Shown here piece by piece: positions 1 through 9,225 of a DNA stretch of 64,000 bases. The notes under the pieces are model-generated. The model saw only the letters and a program-made list of their open reading frames with translations. It did no database searches and had not been told where the DNA came from. Both the position numbers and the translations under genes were made by a program. The stretch spans positions 8,565 to 72,564 of the forward strand of contig CALKWO010000414.1 in the NCBI GenBank assembly GCA_938003875.1. Reading direction: 5' to 3'. This stretch comes from an uncultured bacterium (GTDB lineage: Bacteria; Planctomycetota; Uabimicrobiia; Uabimicrobiales; JABWCH01). Each line of letters starts with the position of its first letter. Positions within the stretch are counted from its first letter, which is position 1.

Positions 1-171
1 TCTCTGTCGACCTATATCTGTTTTACCTGCCATTTCCAAAAGCATATTTTATTCACACTTTCTTACATATCTTCCGCTAATTTATATTCACTTTCCCAGG
101 ACATTGCCCTAGGCTAGTATGTACAGGCCTTTTAGACCAAAGCAATCTTACACCCAATTCGTTATTATCCC

Positions 172-220
172 TAAATAAAAAAATTTTGAACCACAGGAAA
201 ACAACGTTTTTCTGTGGTTC
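172..220 (-). terminator. Putative intrinsic terminator downstream of the lipoprotein gene
   Basis: 9-bp stem GAACCACAG (188-196) / CTGTGGTTC (212-220). It starts 15 nt after the stop at 235-237. On the minus strand it is followed by CAAAATTTTTTT. The AAAAATTTT-ACCACAG flank matches the word-hairpin family. Confidence 0.45.
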
Positions 221-234
221 TCTTATAGAAAATG

Positions 235-834
235 CTATTCCCAATCATCCTCTTCTACTGGAGGCTGAGGTTCTTCCTTAGGCTGTTTAGGCTCTTCCTT
301 AACAGGTTGTTTCTCTTCTACTTTAGGTTCTTCTGGTGTTTTGACAGGTTCTTTGGCAAAATCTTCTTCAAAATCATCTATAGGTTCTTCGACTTTGGGA
401 GGATCGACTTTGGGAGGATCGACTTTGGGAACTTCGACTTTGGGTTCTTCGACTTTAGGAACTTCGACTTTAGGAACTTCGACTTTGGGTTCTTCTATTT
501 TAGGAACTTCGACTTTAGGAACTTCTACAGGAGCAATCTCTTCAATAATAGGCTCTGGGCCAGAAGGTATAAAATTCTTTACAGGAGGAACTTCCTTTTT
601 AATTTCTTCTACTGGATTGGGAACAACCACAGGTGTCTCTGGAACAACAGTCTTCACTTCTACGGGCTGAAGCTGTTCTACAGGAGGAACGCTTTCTACT
701 TTTTTGACTTCTTCTTTGACTTCTTCTACTTTTTTCTGCTCTTCCTGAGGAACGACTGGTTTAGGATCTTTTGTTGTATTGCTGCAAGCTGTAAAAGCCA
801 AACAAATTACTACGAAAATAGCTATTAACTTCAT
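235..834 (-). CDS. Lipoprotein with Pro/Glu/Val/Lys-rich (PEVK-like) tandem repeats
   Basis: Minus ORF 235..852. The ATG at 834 is preceded by GGAAAGGAAAG. Signal peptide MKLIAIFVVICLAFTAC carries a lipobox Cys. Body is made of VEVPKVEEPK-type repeats. Confidence 0.7.
   Translation of the reverse strand: MKLIAIFVVICLAFTACSNTTKDPKPVVPQEEQKKVEEVKEEVKKVESVPPVEQLQPVEVKTVVPETPVVVPNPVEEIKKEVPPVKNFIPSGPEPIIEEIAPVEVPKVEVPKIEEPKVEVPKVEVPKVEEPKVEVPKVDPPKVDPPKVEEPIDDFEEDFAKEPVKTPEEPKVEEKQPVKEEPKQPKEEPQPPVEEDDWE
384..527. repeat. 15-bp tandem repeat, 9 full units plus a partial, inside the lipoprotein CDS
   Basis: Units GTTCTTCGACTTTGG / GAGGATCGACTTTGG / GAACTTCGACTTTAG read head-to-tail from 384 to 518, then a partial unit. 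They encode (V/I/D)(E/P)(V/E/P)PK pentapeptides on the minus strand. Confidence 0.9.
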
Positions 835-920
835 AGATTCTTTCCTTTCCATTGATTAAATGCAAATAAAGTGTTTTCTTTAATTCTTGTTGCAAAATGT
901 TTTAGCAACATATTTTCAGT

Positions 921-958
921 AAAACTCTGGCTATGAATTTTTCAATTCATAGCCAGAG
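921..958 (-). terminator. Intrinsic terminator after the DUF11-repeat gene
   Basis: Perfect 15-bp stem CTCTGGCTATGAATT (925-939) / AATTCATAGCCAGAG (944-958) with a 4-nt loop. It lies 34 nt past the stop at 992. TTTT follows on the minus strand. Confidence 0.6.
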
Positions 959-991
959 CTATTTTTAATGCACTATCTATACAATAAAGGC

Positions 992-3235
992 CTACTTGTA
1001 AACGCTGGTTCCTTCTTCTGCCATGATAGGTTTGTTGAATTGGTCATAGCGTAAAACAGCAGTATTTTTTGCAGATCCTTCTTTTACTGCTTTGCAGGTT
1101 ATCTTGTAAACAAGTTTTGCATTAGGCTGTAAAATAGGATAAGGATCAAAGAATATTTTATTGCCTTCAGCACGATGAGGTGTTGGGCCATTAGCAGATA
1201 CATATTCTACTTCATCATCCAAATGATCTTCCAGAATAACGTTGGTGCAAGGACTGCTTCCTTCGTTTCTGATTTCGATGACGTAGATTGTAGTTTTTCC
1301 TACTTCAATAGGATCATCAATGTCATAAGAGTTGATATGCATTGCCGGGATACCCATGATGTTGGTTTCTGCAAAGGCTTCCAATGGCTGGATCTTAGGC
1401 AGTTCCTGAGAATCGCTTCTGAGTTTGACTGCATTTCTGCAACTTGTTCCTACGGTATTAGCCCTTGTGACGAGTTTCAGCACAATACTCTTTCCAGGAG
1501 CAATGTCACCCAGTTTCCAGGTAATTGTAGCAAGCTCATCACCCTTAGCTGGTTTGAAAGTGCCTCTAGGCTCAGAAGAAATGTATTCCAATTCTTTAGG
1601 CAGAGTATCTACTGCTACCATATCATAAGCAATAGCATTACCTTCATTGCTGACTGTGATAGTATAATCAGAAGGTTTGCCAAGATACACACGCATAGAG
1701 CCTTCTTTTGTCAGTTTCAGCTCAGGTGCGATGACTGTGGTCTTGAATTCTGTCTTGTGGGCTTCTTTGTTTTTGACGAACACTTTTGCATTATTGATAA
1801 AAACACCTGTATTCACGGCTTCCAATGTATAGAAATATTTCATCTCCTGTCCAGGATTGAGATCGCCTACATTCCATCTTAAGCGGAAACCGTCCAGTTT
1901 ATCACGATATTTCATACCAGCAGGTACTTCATCATGAATCACAACGTCTTTCGCTACTGCATTTCCTGTATTCTTTACAGTAATGGTATAGCTAGCCAGA
2001 TTGTCTTTACGCAGTTCGGCAGGCCCTTCTTTGATGATATAAACTTCAGGTGCACCGATCTTTGTTTCTGCTTTGGCTGTCTGGACTGGGAATTCACGGC
2101 TGGTAACATCTACAGTATTGACCCATGTTCCTACCTGATCAGCTTTTACAGTGAGTGCCATTCTTTTTACAGCATCTTTTTCTAAAGTGCCAAGCTTCCA
2201 TGTCAGGATTTTTCCCTGAACATCGTCGGGAGGCACAGAGCATTCTGCATAAGAGAAACCATCGGGCAGAATGTCTTTGACAACTACATCATTAGCATCT
2301 GCTGCACCAGGGTTGGAAACTTCGATGTTATAAACGACCTTTTCGCCAAGAATCCCATCCATAGGCCCAGTTTTCTGAACCATGATTTTAGGAGAAATCC
2401 ATCTTTTGGTAACGGTACGTGTAGCAAGAAGCTCACCATTGGGTTTTCTTAGCTCAATTTTCACTACATTGGAGCCTTCTTGAGGTTTGAGCTGATTCAA
2501 AACAACAGAAGATTCCCCCAGTTCATTCGTAAGGCCTTGCTCTACTCTTTTAGCAGGATCATTTCCTAAATAGGCGGCGGGATCTGTTTCGGCTTGTTGT
2601 AAATCCCATTTTACCTGATAGCCAACGAGAGGAGCATTGTTCGATGCCTTTGTCATTTTAAAAACAAAAGTATGAGGTGTTCCTACTTTGTTTACAGCAT
2701 CTTCAGGCCACTGAATCTTTGCATCAATCCAATATTTGATGGCAAAAGTCTTGTGGTTGTCTGCATTTTTGATAGCAGGACAAAAAGCAATAATATGGGT
2801 TTCCCCTTCTACAGGAGAAGTAATAGTAAGCCATGTCTGTCCAACGCCAACAGGTACATCATCTCTGGTGTCAGGAGTACCCATAGTCAATACTGTGGCA
2901 TTTTGGTTCGTATAGCTTATGGTATAATGATTGCCCAATTTTACGACTTTCTGTTCACTGCCTACAATGGAATTCATATCGTCGTGTTCGACAATATCAC
3001 CAACGGCAAGAGGAGCGCGAGCCAGAATCCATTCTACTCTTTGGTTTGCCAAAGGTCTGCCCTGTTTGTCTAAAACAGTAGCGACAATGGTATGCTGGGT
3101 TTTGACGGGATTGATATCTGCTATAGGATCTAGTGTAATAGAATAGGGAACATTATCTTCACTCATATCCTGGGCCATCAACCCGAATCCTAAAAATAAA
3201 GTTGACAATAGAGCGAAAAATAAAATTCGCTTCAT
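992..3235 (-). CDS. DUF11 (conserved repeat domain) surface protein
   Basis: ATG at 3235 preceded by GGAGG; the ORF extends to a TTG at 3259. Signal peptide MKRILFFALLSTLFLGFGLMAQ. Four DUF11-type repeats, e.g. VVYNIEVSNPGAADANDVVVKDILPDGF, SYTITVKNTGNAVAKDVVIHDEVPAGM, DYTITVSNEGNAIAYDMVAVDTLP, IYVIEIRNEGSSPCTNVILEDHL. Confidence 0.85.
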   Translation of the reverse strand: MKRILFFALLSTLFLGFGLMAQDMSEDNVPYSITLDPIADINPVKTQHTIVATVLDKQGRPLANQRVEWILARAPLAVGDIVEHDDMNSIVGSEQKVVKLGNHYTISYTNQNATVLTMGTPDTRDDVPVGVGQTWLTITSPVEGETHIIAFCPAIKNADNHKTFAIKYWIDAKIQWPEDAVNKVGTPHTFVFKMTKASNNAPLVGYQVKWDLQQAETDPAAYLGNDPAKRVEQGLTNELGESSVVLNQLKPQEGSNVVKIELRKPNGELLATRTVTKRWISPKIMVQKTGPMDGILGEKVVYNIEVSNPGAADANDVVVKDILPDGFSYAECSVPPDDVQGKILTWKLGTLEKDAVKRMALTVKADQVGTWVNTVDVTSREFPVQTAKAETKIGAPEVYIIKEGPAELRKDNLASYTITVKNTGNAVAKDVVIHDEVPAGMKYRDKLDGFRLRWNVGDLNPGQEMKYFYTLEAVNTGVFINNAKVFVKNKEAHKTEFKTTVIAPELKLTKEGSMRVYLGKPSDYTITVSNEGNAIAYDMVAVDTLPKELEYISSEPRGTFKPAKGDELATITWKLGDIAPGKSIVLKLVTRANTVGTSCRNAVKLRSDSQELPKIQPLEAFAETNIMGIPAMHINSYDIDDPIEVGKTTIYVIEIRNEGSSPCTNVILEDHLDDEVEYVSANGPTPHRAEGNKIFFDPYPILQPNAKLVYKITCKAVKEGSAKNTAVLRYDQFNKPIMAEEGTSVYK

Positions 3236-3376
3236 AATAACCCTCCAGAAGCTTGTCAAATTCTAGGAATTGGTGGTTCAGGAAACAGGCCTGACAGCCC
3301 ACCATATCCATCGACAACTTAACAAAAAAAAAGATTACATAGTTTTCATTGCCAAAAAAAAAGAGAACTTTTGTCT

Positions 3377-3404
3377 ATGATAGCTTTGAAAATGTCTTTG
3401 TCAA
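3377..3404 (-). promoter_or_regulatory. Candidate sigma70-type promoter for the DUF11 gene
   Basis: On the minus strand: TTGACA (3404-3399), 16-nt spacer, TATCAT (3382-3377). Confidence 0.3.
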
Positions 3405-3520
3405 CATCAATTTTTATGAAATGCAAGAAATTAACTGGGCAAAAAAATTTCCAAAACTATACATATTTAACAGTATCTCTTTTATTTTGTCAAATTTAAT
3501 CTCTAAAATTTTTACAACAC

Positions 3521-5869
3521 TTACGGAAACATCTCTACTTCGAGCCAGGAATAACGTAAATCACTTCCTGCTTCACTCCACCAGCGTCTTTTAGTCTGGG
3601 TCATAGAAACACCTTGTGGAGTGGTGATTTGTTCTAATTCTTTTTCCTGAAGCACCAGGAATAGAATATTGCATGTATTTTCCAGCCTTTCTATAACGGT
3701 TCTGCGGAAGTCCCCTGTGCGTGCTTTCTGGACAAAATCATCCAGAGTATAGTTTAGAAGTCCATTCATGAAAGGCAATCCAGTATGCTGCATAATCAAG
3801 TTGTCCAGAGGTTCGCTGGAAGGAATCGTATCTATACCAAATGTCGCTTTTAATAAGGTTTTCCAGATTTCCATATATTGTTGTGGATTAGAAGCATTTT
3901 TTAGTTGCAGTAGCAAGCTGGACAAAAATCCAATCAGACGACTGAGTTCCATCTGGTCGATTAAGAGCCAAACCTGAATTTGCTGCAGATGGAAAGAAGG
4001 ATGCGTTTCCCATACCCATCCCTTATCATAGAAAATTCCCTTTTCTCTAAGATCCTGAAGCTGGATATCATGCCTTTTCAAAAAGTTTTCTATTGTTTTT
4101 TTCAAATCAGGTAAAAATATCGTGGTTTTATTATTGCCTTCAGTTAAAGGCTCAATAGAGCGAAGATAAACAAGACGATGGAATTTGTTCCACATTTCTT
4201 TCCAGCTTTCCCCATATCTCTTTTCCGCTTCTTCTGGTGGAAATCCTCTTCCCATATCGCTCAGAACCTGATCGAACAAAGATATCTCTTGCAAAGTGTT
4301 CTCAAACAAAAGACGTAGCAGATTCAGCATGGAAAAAGTTTTTTCCCTGTGGTCGTCTGTTGCTGCAGAAACTAGAAAATAACCGCCTTCCCCCATTTTT
4401 TCCGTGATTTCTAAAATATTTTTGGAAAAATCCTGGACAGATTTCAGCTTGCTCTCGTTTTGTTTTTCTTCAAAATGAATTCCATATACTCTCACGCCTT
4501 CTTTTTGCAGCTTGTCCAGAACATCGTCGCTTATCAATTGTGTGATGTTTCTGGGACTGTCTTTTTCGTGATTGCCTGTCACTCCTACCACGAAAAGAAT
4601 ACGAGTGCTTCCATCTCTCCATCTTGCCTTTTGATGAAGTGCCATATCCAGACCGTAATAAAGAGACTTTGGCTCATAGCGATTGCCATGATATGGCTGG
4701 TTGGTGATGTTACGAGAAATACGCTCCATGTTGGAAGTAAAATCATATATGTTCACCACCGAAGGCTCAAAGAGTCTTCCTCTGCGATAAGGATATTTCT
4801 TGTCTTTTTCAAAATCATAAAAAAAGGAAAGCCCCCAGGCAACATCCATCTGTGCCTTTTTTTTCGATTCAAACAATGTATCACTGGATTTTTCTATTGC
4901 TTCTATGATCTTCTGCCTTGTAGGGGATCCTAGGGATGAATCAATAAGGAACATGATATCCAGCTTGTTGAGTTTTTCCTTTTCTTCCTTGATTTTGGAA
5001 ATCATTTTTTGCGTGCTGTCGCTTTTATCTCCACTTAAAAATGCGATTTGAAAAAGTCTGTTTTGCTGATGGCTTTCACTCTCTAAAAGAGGATAGCGCA
5101 GCATATTGTATCGCCACTGGCTATTTTCTGTTTCACTGGCGATAACAGACTCTTTATTCTGCTTGATTGCATCTTCCAGTGTTTTGTATATTCTCACCAA
5201 ACCTTCCTTGTTTTCCTTTTCCTGATTCAAACGAAAAGCCTGATTTTCCATCTTATAGTTGATCGCAAGACGTGTATTCCACTCTCTGCAATTTTTTTTA
5301 TGAATCCAGCCTAGAAGATCCAGCCCACTGTCTTCGATTTCAATTCTGGGAGATACACCAATCAAATAATAGTCTTGTGTTTCTTTGTATATATAGAAGA
5401 AAGAAAACAGAGGCGTTTTAGAAACTTCTTCTGCCTTATGCAAAGGAGCAGAATAGATATTTACCCTGTTTTGATAGCGATTGTCGAAAACGATAATCCT
5501 GCGATATATCTTATTAGGAGTACGCAGTGCTTCTGAAGCATCTAGCAAATATTGCTTTTCTACCCATCCGATATGTTCAGCAAGCCCTAAATCATTTGCA
5601 TTGCGAGATGGAAGGCCTAGATAGTAATGATCAGGCATTTCCTGATAGACATAGTAAGGACTCCAAAGTTCCATTCCTTCTGCCCGAAAACGGACTGATC
5701 CAATGACCTGTATATCGCTCCTTACAGTAGAAACGATCAAGGGCGAACCATTCTTTTCTATAGGAAGAGTCCCACGAGGGGGGATCGTAAATCTTACTCT
5801 TGTCTGGCAAAGAACAAAGGAAGAAAATAAAAATACAAAAAGAAGATAAACAATTTTATTTTTTATCAT
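3521..5869 (-). CDS. Secreted hypothetical protein with a central vWA-like domain
   Basis: 782-aa ORF with GGAG upstream of the ATG. Signal peptide MIKNKIVYLLFVFLFSSFVLCQ. MIDAS-like LDIMFLIDSSLGS plus a later ILFVVGVTGNH strand suggest a von Willebrand A fold. The rest has no family I recognise. Confidence 0.65.
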   Translation of the reverse strand: MIKNKIVYLLFVFLFSSFVLCQTRVRFTIPPRGTLPIEKNGSPLIVSTVRSDIQVIGSVRFRAEGMELWSPYYVYQEMPDHYYLGLPSRNANDLGLAEHIGWVEKQYLLDASEALRTPNKIYRRIIVFDNRYQNRVNIYSAPLHKAEEVSKTPLFSFFYIYKETQDYYLIGVSPRIEIEDSGLDLLGWIHKKNCREWNTRLAINYKMENQAFRLNQEKENKEGLVRIYKTLEDAIKQNKESVIASETENSQWRYNMLRYPLLESESHQQNRLFQIAFLSGDKSDSTQKMISKIKEEKEKLNKLDIMFLIDSSLGSPTRQKIIEAIEKSSDTLFESKKKAQMDVAWGLSFFYDFEKDKKYPYRRGRLFEPSVVNIYDFTSNMERISRNITNQPYHGNRYEPKSLYYGLDMALHQKARWRDGSTRILFVVGVTGNHEKDSPRNITQLISDDVLDKLQKEGVRVYGIHFEEKQNESKLKSVQDFSKNILEITEKMGEGGYFLVSAATDDHREKTFSMLNLLRLLFENTLQEISLFDQVLSDMGRGFPPEEAEKRYGESWKEMWNKFHRLVYLRSIEPLTEGNNKTTIFLPDLKKTIENFLKRHDIQLQDLREKGIFYDKGWVWETHPSFHLQQIQVWLLIDQMELSRLIGFLSSLLLQLKNASNPQQYMEIWKTLLKATFGIDTIPSSEPLDNLIMQHTGLPFMNGLLNYTLDDFVQKARTGDFRRTVIERLENTCNILFLVLQEKELEQITTPQGVSMTQTKRRWWSEAGSDLRYSWLEVEMFP

Positions 5870-5894
5870 CCTATTCGACTCCTATATTTTGTAG

Positions 5895-6899
5895 TTATTT
5901 TATTTTAACATCTTTACCGCTCAATTGCCTGATAAGGCGCATTGTACTTTCCATTCCTGTAGAAAGGTGTCCTTTTAGCAAACCATTTTCCATCCAGACA
6001 AAACGATTGCAATATCTTCTTGCCTGGCTTGGGTTATGAGTGACAAGTATGACAGTAGTATCTCTTTCTCTGGCAGCCTTGAGTAAAATATCCATGACCA
6101 TCTGGCCTGTATCAAAATCCAGGTTGCCTGTTGGTTCATCGGCAAAAATAACCTGAGGATGATGAACCATGGCTCTGGCTGCTGCTAACCTTTGTTTTTG
6201 TCCCCCCGATAGCTGCGCAGGTTTTTTACTGAAGAAAATTTTTTCTTTTTCTTTTTCTCCCTGTGTCATAAAATTACGCAGCATTTCTTTGCTGCGCTCC
6301 AGGCACTCTATTTCTGGAATATTTTGCAATCTCAAAGGCAAAGCTACATTTTCTATAGCATTTAGATGGGCTAAAAGATGGGATTCCTGGAAAATAAAGC
6401 CGAACTGTTTGTTCCTCATGGCATCTCTTTGCGCTGGCTTTAATTCCGTGTAGGTTGCCCCATTGAAATAGATTTCCCCTACAGGATCTGGTGTTGTCAG
6501 CAAACCCAAAATGTTCAAAAGAGTAGATTTTCCTGAACCTGAAAATCCGAGAACTCCCAGAATTTCACCTTGATATATCGTAAGGTTGATCCCTTTCAGT
6601 GCATGAAATTCTCCTTCTGGTGTTTTGTAACTTTTATGGAGGTCTTTGATATGAAAGATGGAATTCCTTGTGGTGACTTCCATGTGATAGAAAGTTTCTG
6701 CCTGCAATTCTCCCTTGAGTTGTTCTATCTGGTTTTCATTAAGTATGTTATGTTTCAGAAGTTTTTCAAAAAGTTCTTCCTGAGATTCATTTTGTCTTTC
6801 TTGTATAATTCTCTCAAATTTTGCTTTAGTTTCTACAGAAAGCCAGCCTTGCGCTCGCGCTTTCTTGAGCATTCTTTTACCATATTTATTGTCTACCAT
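5895..6899 (-). CDS. ABC transporter ATP-binding protein (LolD/MacB-like) with an N-terminal helical T2SSE_N-like extension
   Basis: Walker A GFSGSGKST, signature LSGGQKQR, Walker B VIFADEPT, H-loop VTHN. Start chosen at ATG 6899 (AAGGA 9 nt upstream). The longer ORF to 7211 overlaps the divergent epimerase gene and its promoter. Confidence 0.8.
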   Translation of the reverse strand: MVDNKYGKRMLKKARAQGWLSVETKAKFERIIQERQNESQEELFEKLLKHNILNENQIEQLKGELQAETFYHMEVTTRNSIFHIKDLHKSYKTPEGEFHALKGINLTIYQGEILGVLGFSGSGKSTLLNILGLLTTPDPVGEIYFNGATYTELKPAQRDAMRNKQFGFIFQESHLLAHLNAIENVALPLRLQNIPEIECLERSKEMLRNFMTQGEKEKEKIFFSKKPAQLSGGQKQRLAAARAMVHHPQVIFADEPTGNLDFDTGQMVMDILLKAARERDTTVILVTHNPSQARRYCNRFVWMENGLLKGHLSTGMESTMRLIRQLSGKDVKIK

Positions 6900-7081
6900 G
6901 CCCAAATTCCTTTCCTGACAATTCAGAAAAATTTCGCTATTTATAAAGACAGCAGGAAAATGGTTTTTATTCATTTTAAAGCGGGCGTATTTAATACATG
7001 ACTTTAAGACCTTAGAAGCATTCTCTTTTAAAATACCTTTTTTTTTATTTTTTTTCAATCCTTTTTTACAATATATCTTGG

Positions 7082-7111
7082 TTGACAAAAAAAGGATTTG
7101 TGATTTATTAT
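7082..7111 (+). promoter_or_regulatory. Candidate sigma70-type promoter for the epimerase gene
   Basis: TTGACA (7082-7087), 18-nt spacer, TATTAT (7106-7111). It lies ~55 nt upstream of the ATG at 7167. Confidence 0.4.
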
Positions 7112-7166
7112 ATAGTGTCAAAAATCTACTTTTCCATGTCAATTTCAATTTAGATGAAGGATAATT

Positions 7167-8159
7167 ATGCTTTATGTCATCACTGGTACAGCAGGATTCA
7201 TTGGCTTTCATCTTGCTTTATCCTTTCTTAAGGAAGGCCATCAGGTTTTGGGAATAGACAGCTTTACTCCTTACTATCCTGTTGTCTTAAAACAGAAAAG
7301 ACATTCCATATTAAAAGAATATTCTGGTTTTATAGAGAAAAATTTGGATTTATGCAATCAAGAAGGCTTAGAAAGATGCTTTCATGAATACCAGCCTGAA
7401 ATTTTGTGCCATCTGGCAGCACAGCCTGGAATACGCTATTCTATGAAAAATCCTTTTAGCTATCAAAAATCCAATCTCGAAGGCTTTATCAACCTTTTCG
7501 AAACAGCGAGAAAATTTTCCACTAAAAAGATTGTCTATGCTTCCAGCTCTAGTGTATATGGGAATGTAAAAGAAGTCCCCTATCATGAAAACCAAAACGT
7601 AGATACACCTATTAGCCTGTATGCTGCCACTAAAAGAGCCAACGAGCTTCTTGCGTATACATACCAGCATCTATATTCTATACAAACTATTGGGCTTCGA
7701 TTTTTTACTGTATATGGGCCATGGGGTAGACCAGATATGGCGATTTGGAAATTTACAGATGCTATAACGACTGGCAAAGAAATCGAAGTTTTCAACCATG
7801 GAAATAATTTTCGGGATTTTACTTATATTGATGATATAGTAAATGGAATTCGCTCTGCATTATCTAAAGAAAATCTTTCTTCCTATGAAATTTTTAATTT
7901 AGGAAATAACCATCCAGAAAACGTTATGAAGCTCATTGCAATTTTAGAGCAAGAAACAAAATGTCAGGCAAAAGTTCGTATGGTGGATATGCAACCAGGC
8001 GATATGGTCACTACTTCTGCAGATATTGAAAATGCCAGACAAAAGCTCCAGTTTCAGCCTCAAACATCTTTAGAAAAAGGAATTGCAAGATTCGTTGCAT
8101 GGTATAAAGAAAATCAGGAATTGGTACAGGAAGTAAGAAAAATAGGATGTTTAGGGTAA
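7167..8159 (+). CDS. NAD-dependent epimerase/dehydratase (UDP-glucuronate 4-epimerase-like)
   Basis: Rossmann motif ITGTAGFIGFHL, catalytic YAATK (YxxxK), 330 aa, GAAGGA RBS. Confidence 0.9.
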   Translation: MLYVITGTAGFIGFHLALSFLKEGHQVLGIDSFTPYYPVVLKQKRHSILKEYSGFIEKNLDLCNQEGLERCFHEYQPEILCHLAAQPGIRYSMKNPFSYQKSNLEGFINLFETARKFSTKKIVYASSSSVYGNVKEVPYHENQNVDTPISLYAATKRANELLAYTYQHLYSIQTIGLRFFTVYGPWGRPDMAIWKFTDAITTGKEIEVFNHGNNFRDFTYIDDIVNGIRSALSKENLSSYEIFNLGNNHPENVMKLIAILEQETKCQAKVRMVDMQPGDMVTTSADIENARQKLQFQPQTSLEKGIARFVAWYKENQELVQEVRKIGCLG

Positions 8160-9205
8160 AAAACTCAACAACCATCATCATGAATGGACATAAATCCATG
8201 GAAAAACCAAACAGCATTCCCCCAGAATTTGCCCAAAAATTTCAAAAGGACTTTAAGGCTCTATGTTCTGAAATTGGAAAAATGATTGTTGGATACGAAG
8301 ATATTGTAGAAAATGCGGTAGTGGCACTCTTTGCGGGTGGCCATATTCTTTTGGAAGGAGTCCCAGGCTTAGGGAAAACAATGCTTGTTCGGACTATGTC
8401 CAGAGTCCTCGATTTACCCTTTTCCCGTATCCAATTCACTCCTGATTTGATGCCAGCAGACATCATTGGTACAAACCTCATCGATATAGATGAAAACGGC
8501 AAGCGTTCTTTTCGCTTTCAGCCTGGTCCTATTTTTTCTAATCTTATCCTTGCTGATGAAATCAACAGAGCTACTCCTAAAACACAATCCGCCCTTTTGG
8601 AATGTATGCAAGAAAAAAGCATAACTGTGGCAGGAGTCACGGCAAAGCTCCAGGAGCCTTTCTTTGTTATGGCAACCCAGAATCCTCTGGAAATGGAAGG
8701 AACCTATCCCCTTCCAGAAGCCCAGTTGGATCGCTTTCTCTTCAAGCTTCTCGTCCCCTTTCCTAATTTGGAAAACCTGGAAGAAATCTTAAAACGCACT
8801 ACAGAAAATATAGAGATAGAACCACAAAAAATCTTAGACCAGGAAAGCATTTTGCGATATAGTAAGCTAGTTCGTGAAGTCTACATAGCACCTCATGTTC
8901 GAAACTACGCCTGTCGCATAGTCCTTGCGACCCATCCTTCCAGCTCTCATGCAACGCCGAGAGTAAAACAGTATGTACGCTATGGTTCCTCTCCCAGAGG
9001 CGCACAGGGGCTAATCCTGGCAGGCAAAATTAAAGGATTGGTAAAAGGGAGATATAATGTGAGTTTTGACGATATCAAAGAATCTACATTCGCAACCTTA
9101 AGGCATAGGATTATCCTGAATTTTGAAGGCGAGGCAGAAAGAATTACACCCGATACCATTCTTTCTGAAGTTCTGGAAAAAATCCCCCAAAATTTTGCTT
9201 CTTGA
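8147..9205 (+). CDS. MoxR-family AAA+ ATPase
   Basis: Walker A GVPGLGKT, Walker B ILADEINR, and the typical MoxR C-terminal region (SPRGAQGLILAGK). The true start may be ATG 8180 or 8198 (MEKPNS...). Confidence 0.9.
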   Translation: MFRVKNSTTIIMNGHKSMEKPNSIPPEFAQKFQKDFKALCSEIGKMIVGYEDIVENAVVALFAGGHILLEGVPGLGKTMLVRTMSRVLDLPFSRIQFTPDLMPADIIGTNLIDIDENGKRSFRFQPGPIFSNLILADEINRATPKTQSALLECMQEKSITVAGVTAKLQEPFFVMATQNPLEMEGTYPLPEAQLDRFLFKLLVPFPNLENLEEILKRTTENIEIEPQKILDQESILRYSKLVREVYIAPHVRNYACRIVLATHPSSSHATPRVKQYVRYGSSPRGAQGLILAGKIKGLVKGRYNVSFDDIKESTFATLRHRIILNFEGEAERITPDTILSEVLEKIPQNFAS

Positions 9206-9225
9206 AAATTTTTAAGGAAAGATTT

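Noticed and set aside
232-828. Plus-strand ORFs 232..828 (198 aa) and 341..670 (109 aa) overlapping the lipoprotein gene
   Set aside because: They are kept open by the 15-bp tandem repeat. Their translations are low-complexity (F/R/L or S/T/G runs) with no start context. The minus-strand frame has an RBS, a signal peptide and a lipobox.
3349-3594. 81-aa plus-strand ORF in the spacer between the DUF11 gene and the 782-aa gene
   Set aside because: It is AT-rich with low-complexity translation, overlaps the 3' end of the 782-aa gene, and lies in the probable promoter region of the DUF11 gene.
6900-7211. N-terminal 104-codon extension of the ABC ATPase ORF (5895..7211)
   Set aside because: It overlaps the divergent epimerase start (7167) and its candidate promoter. 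It is K-rich and low-complexity and lacks an RBS. The internal ATG at 6899 has AAGGA upstream.
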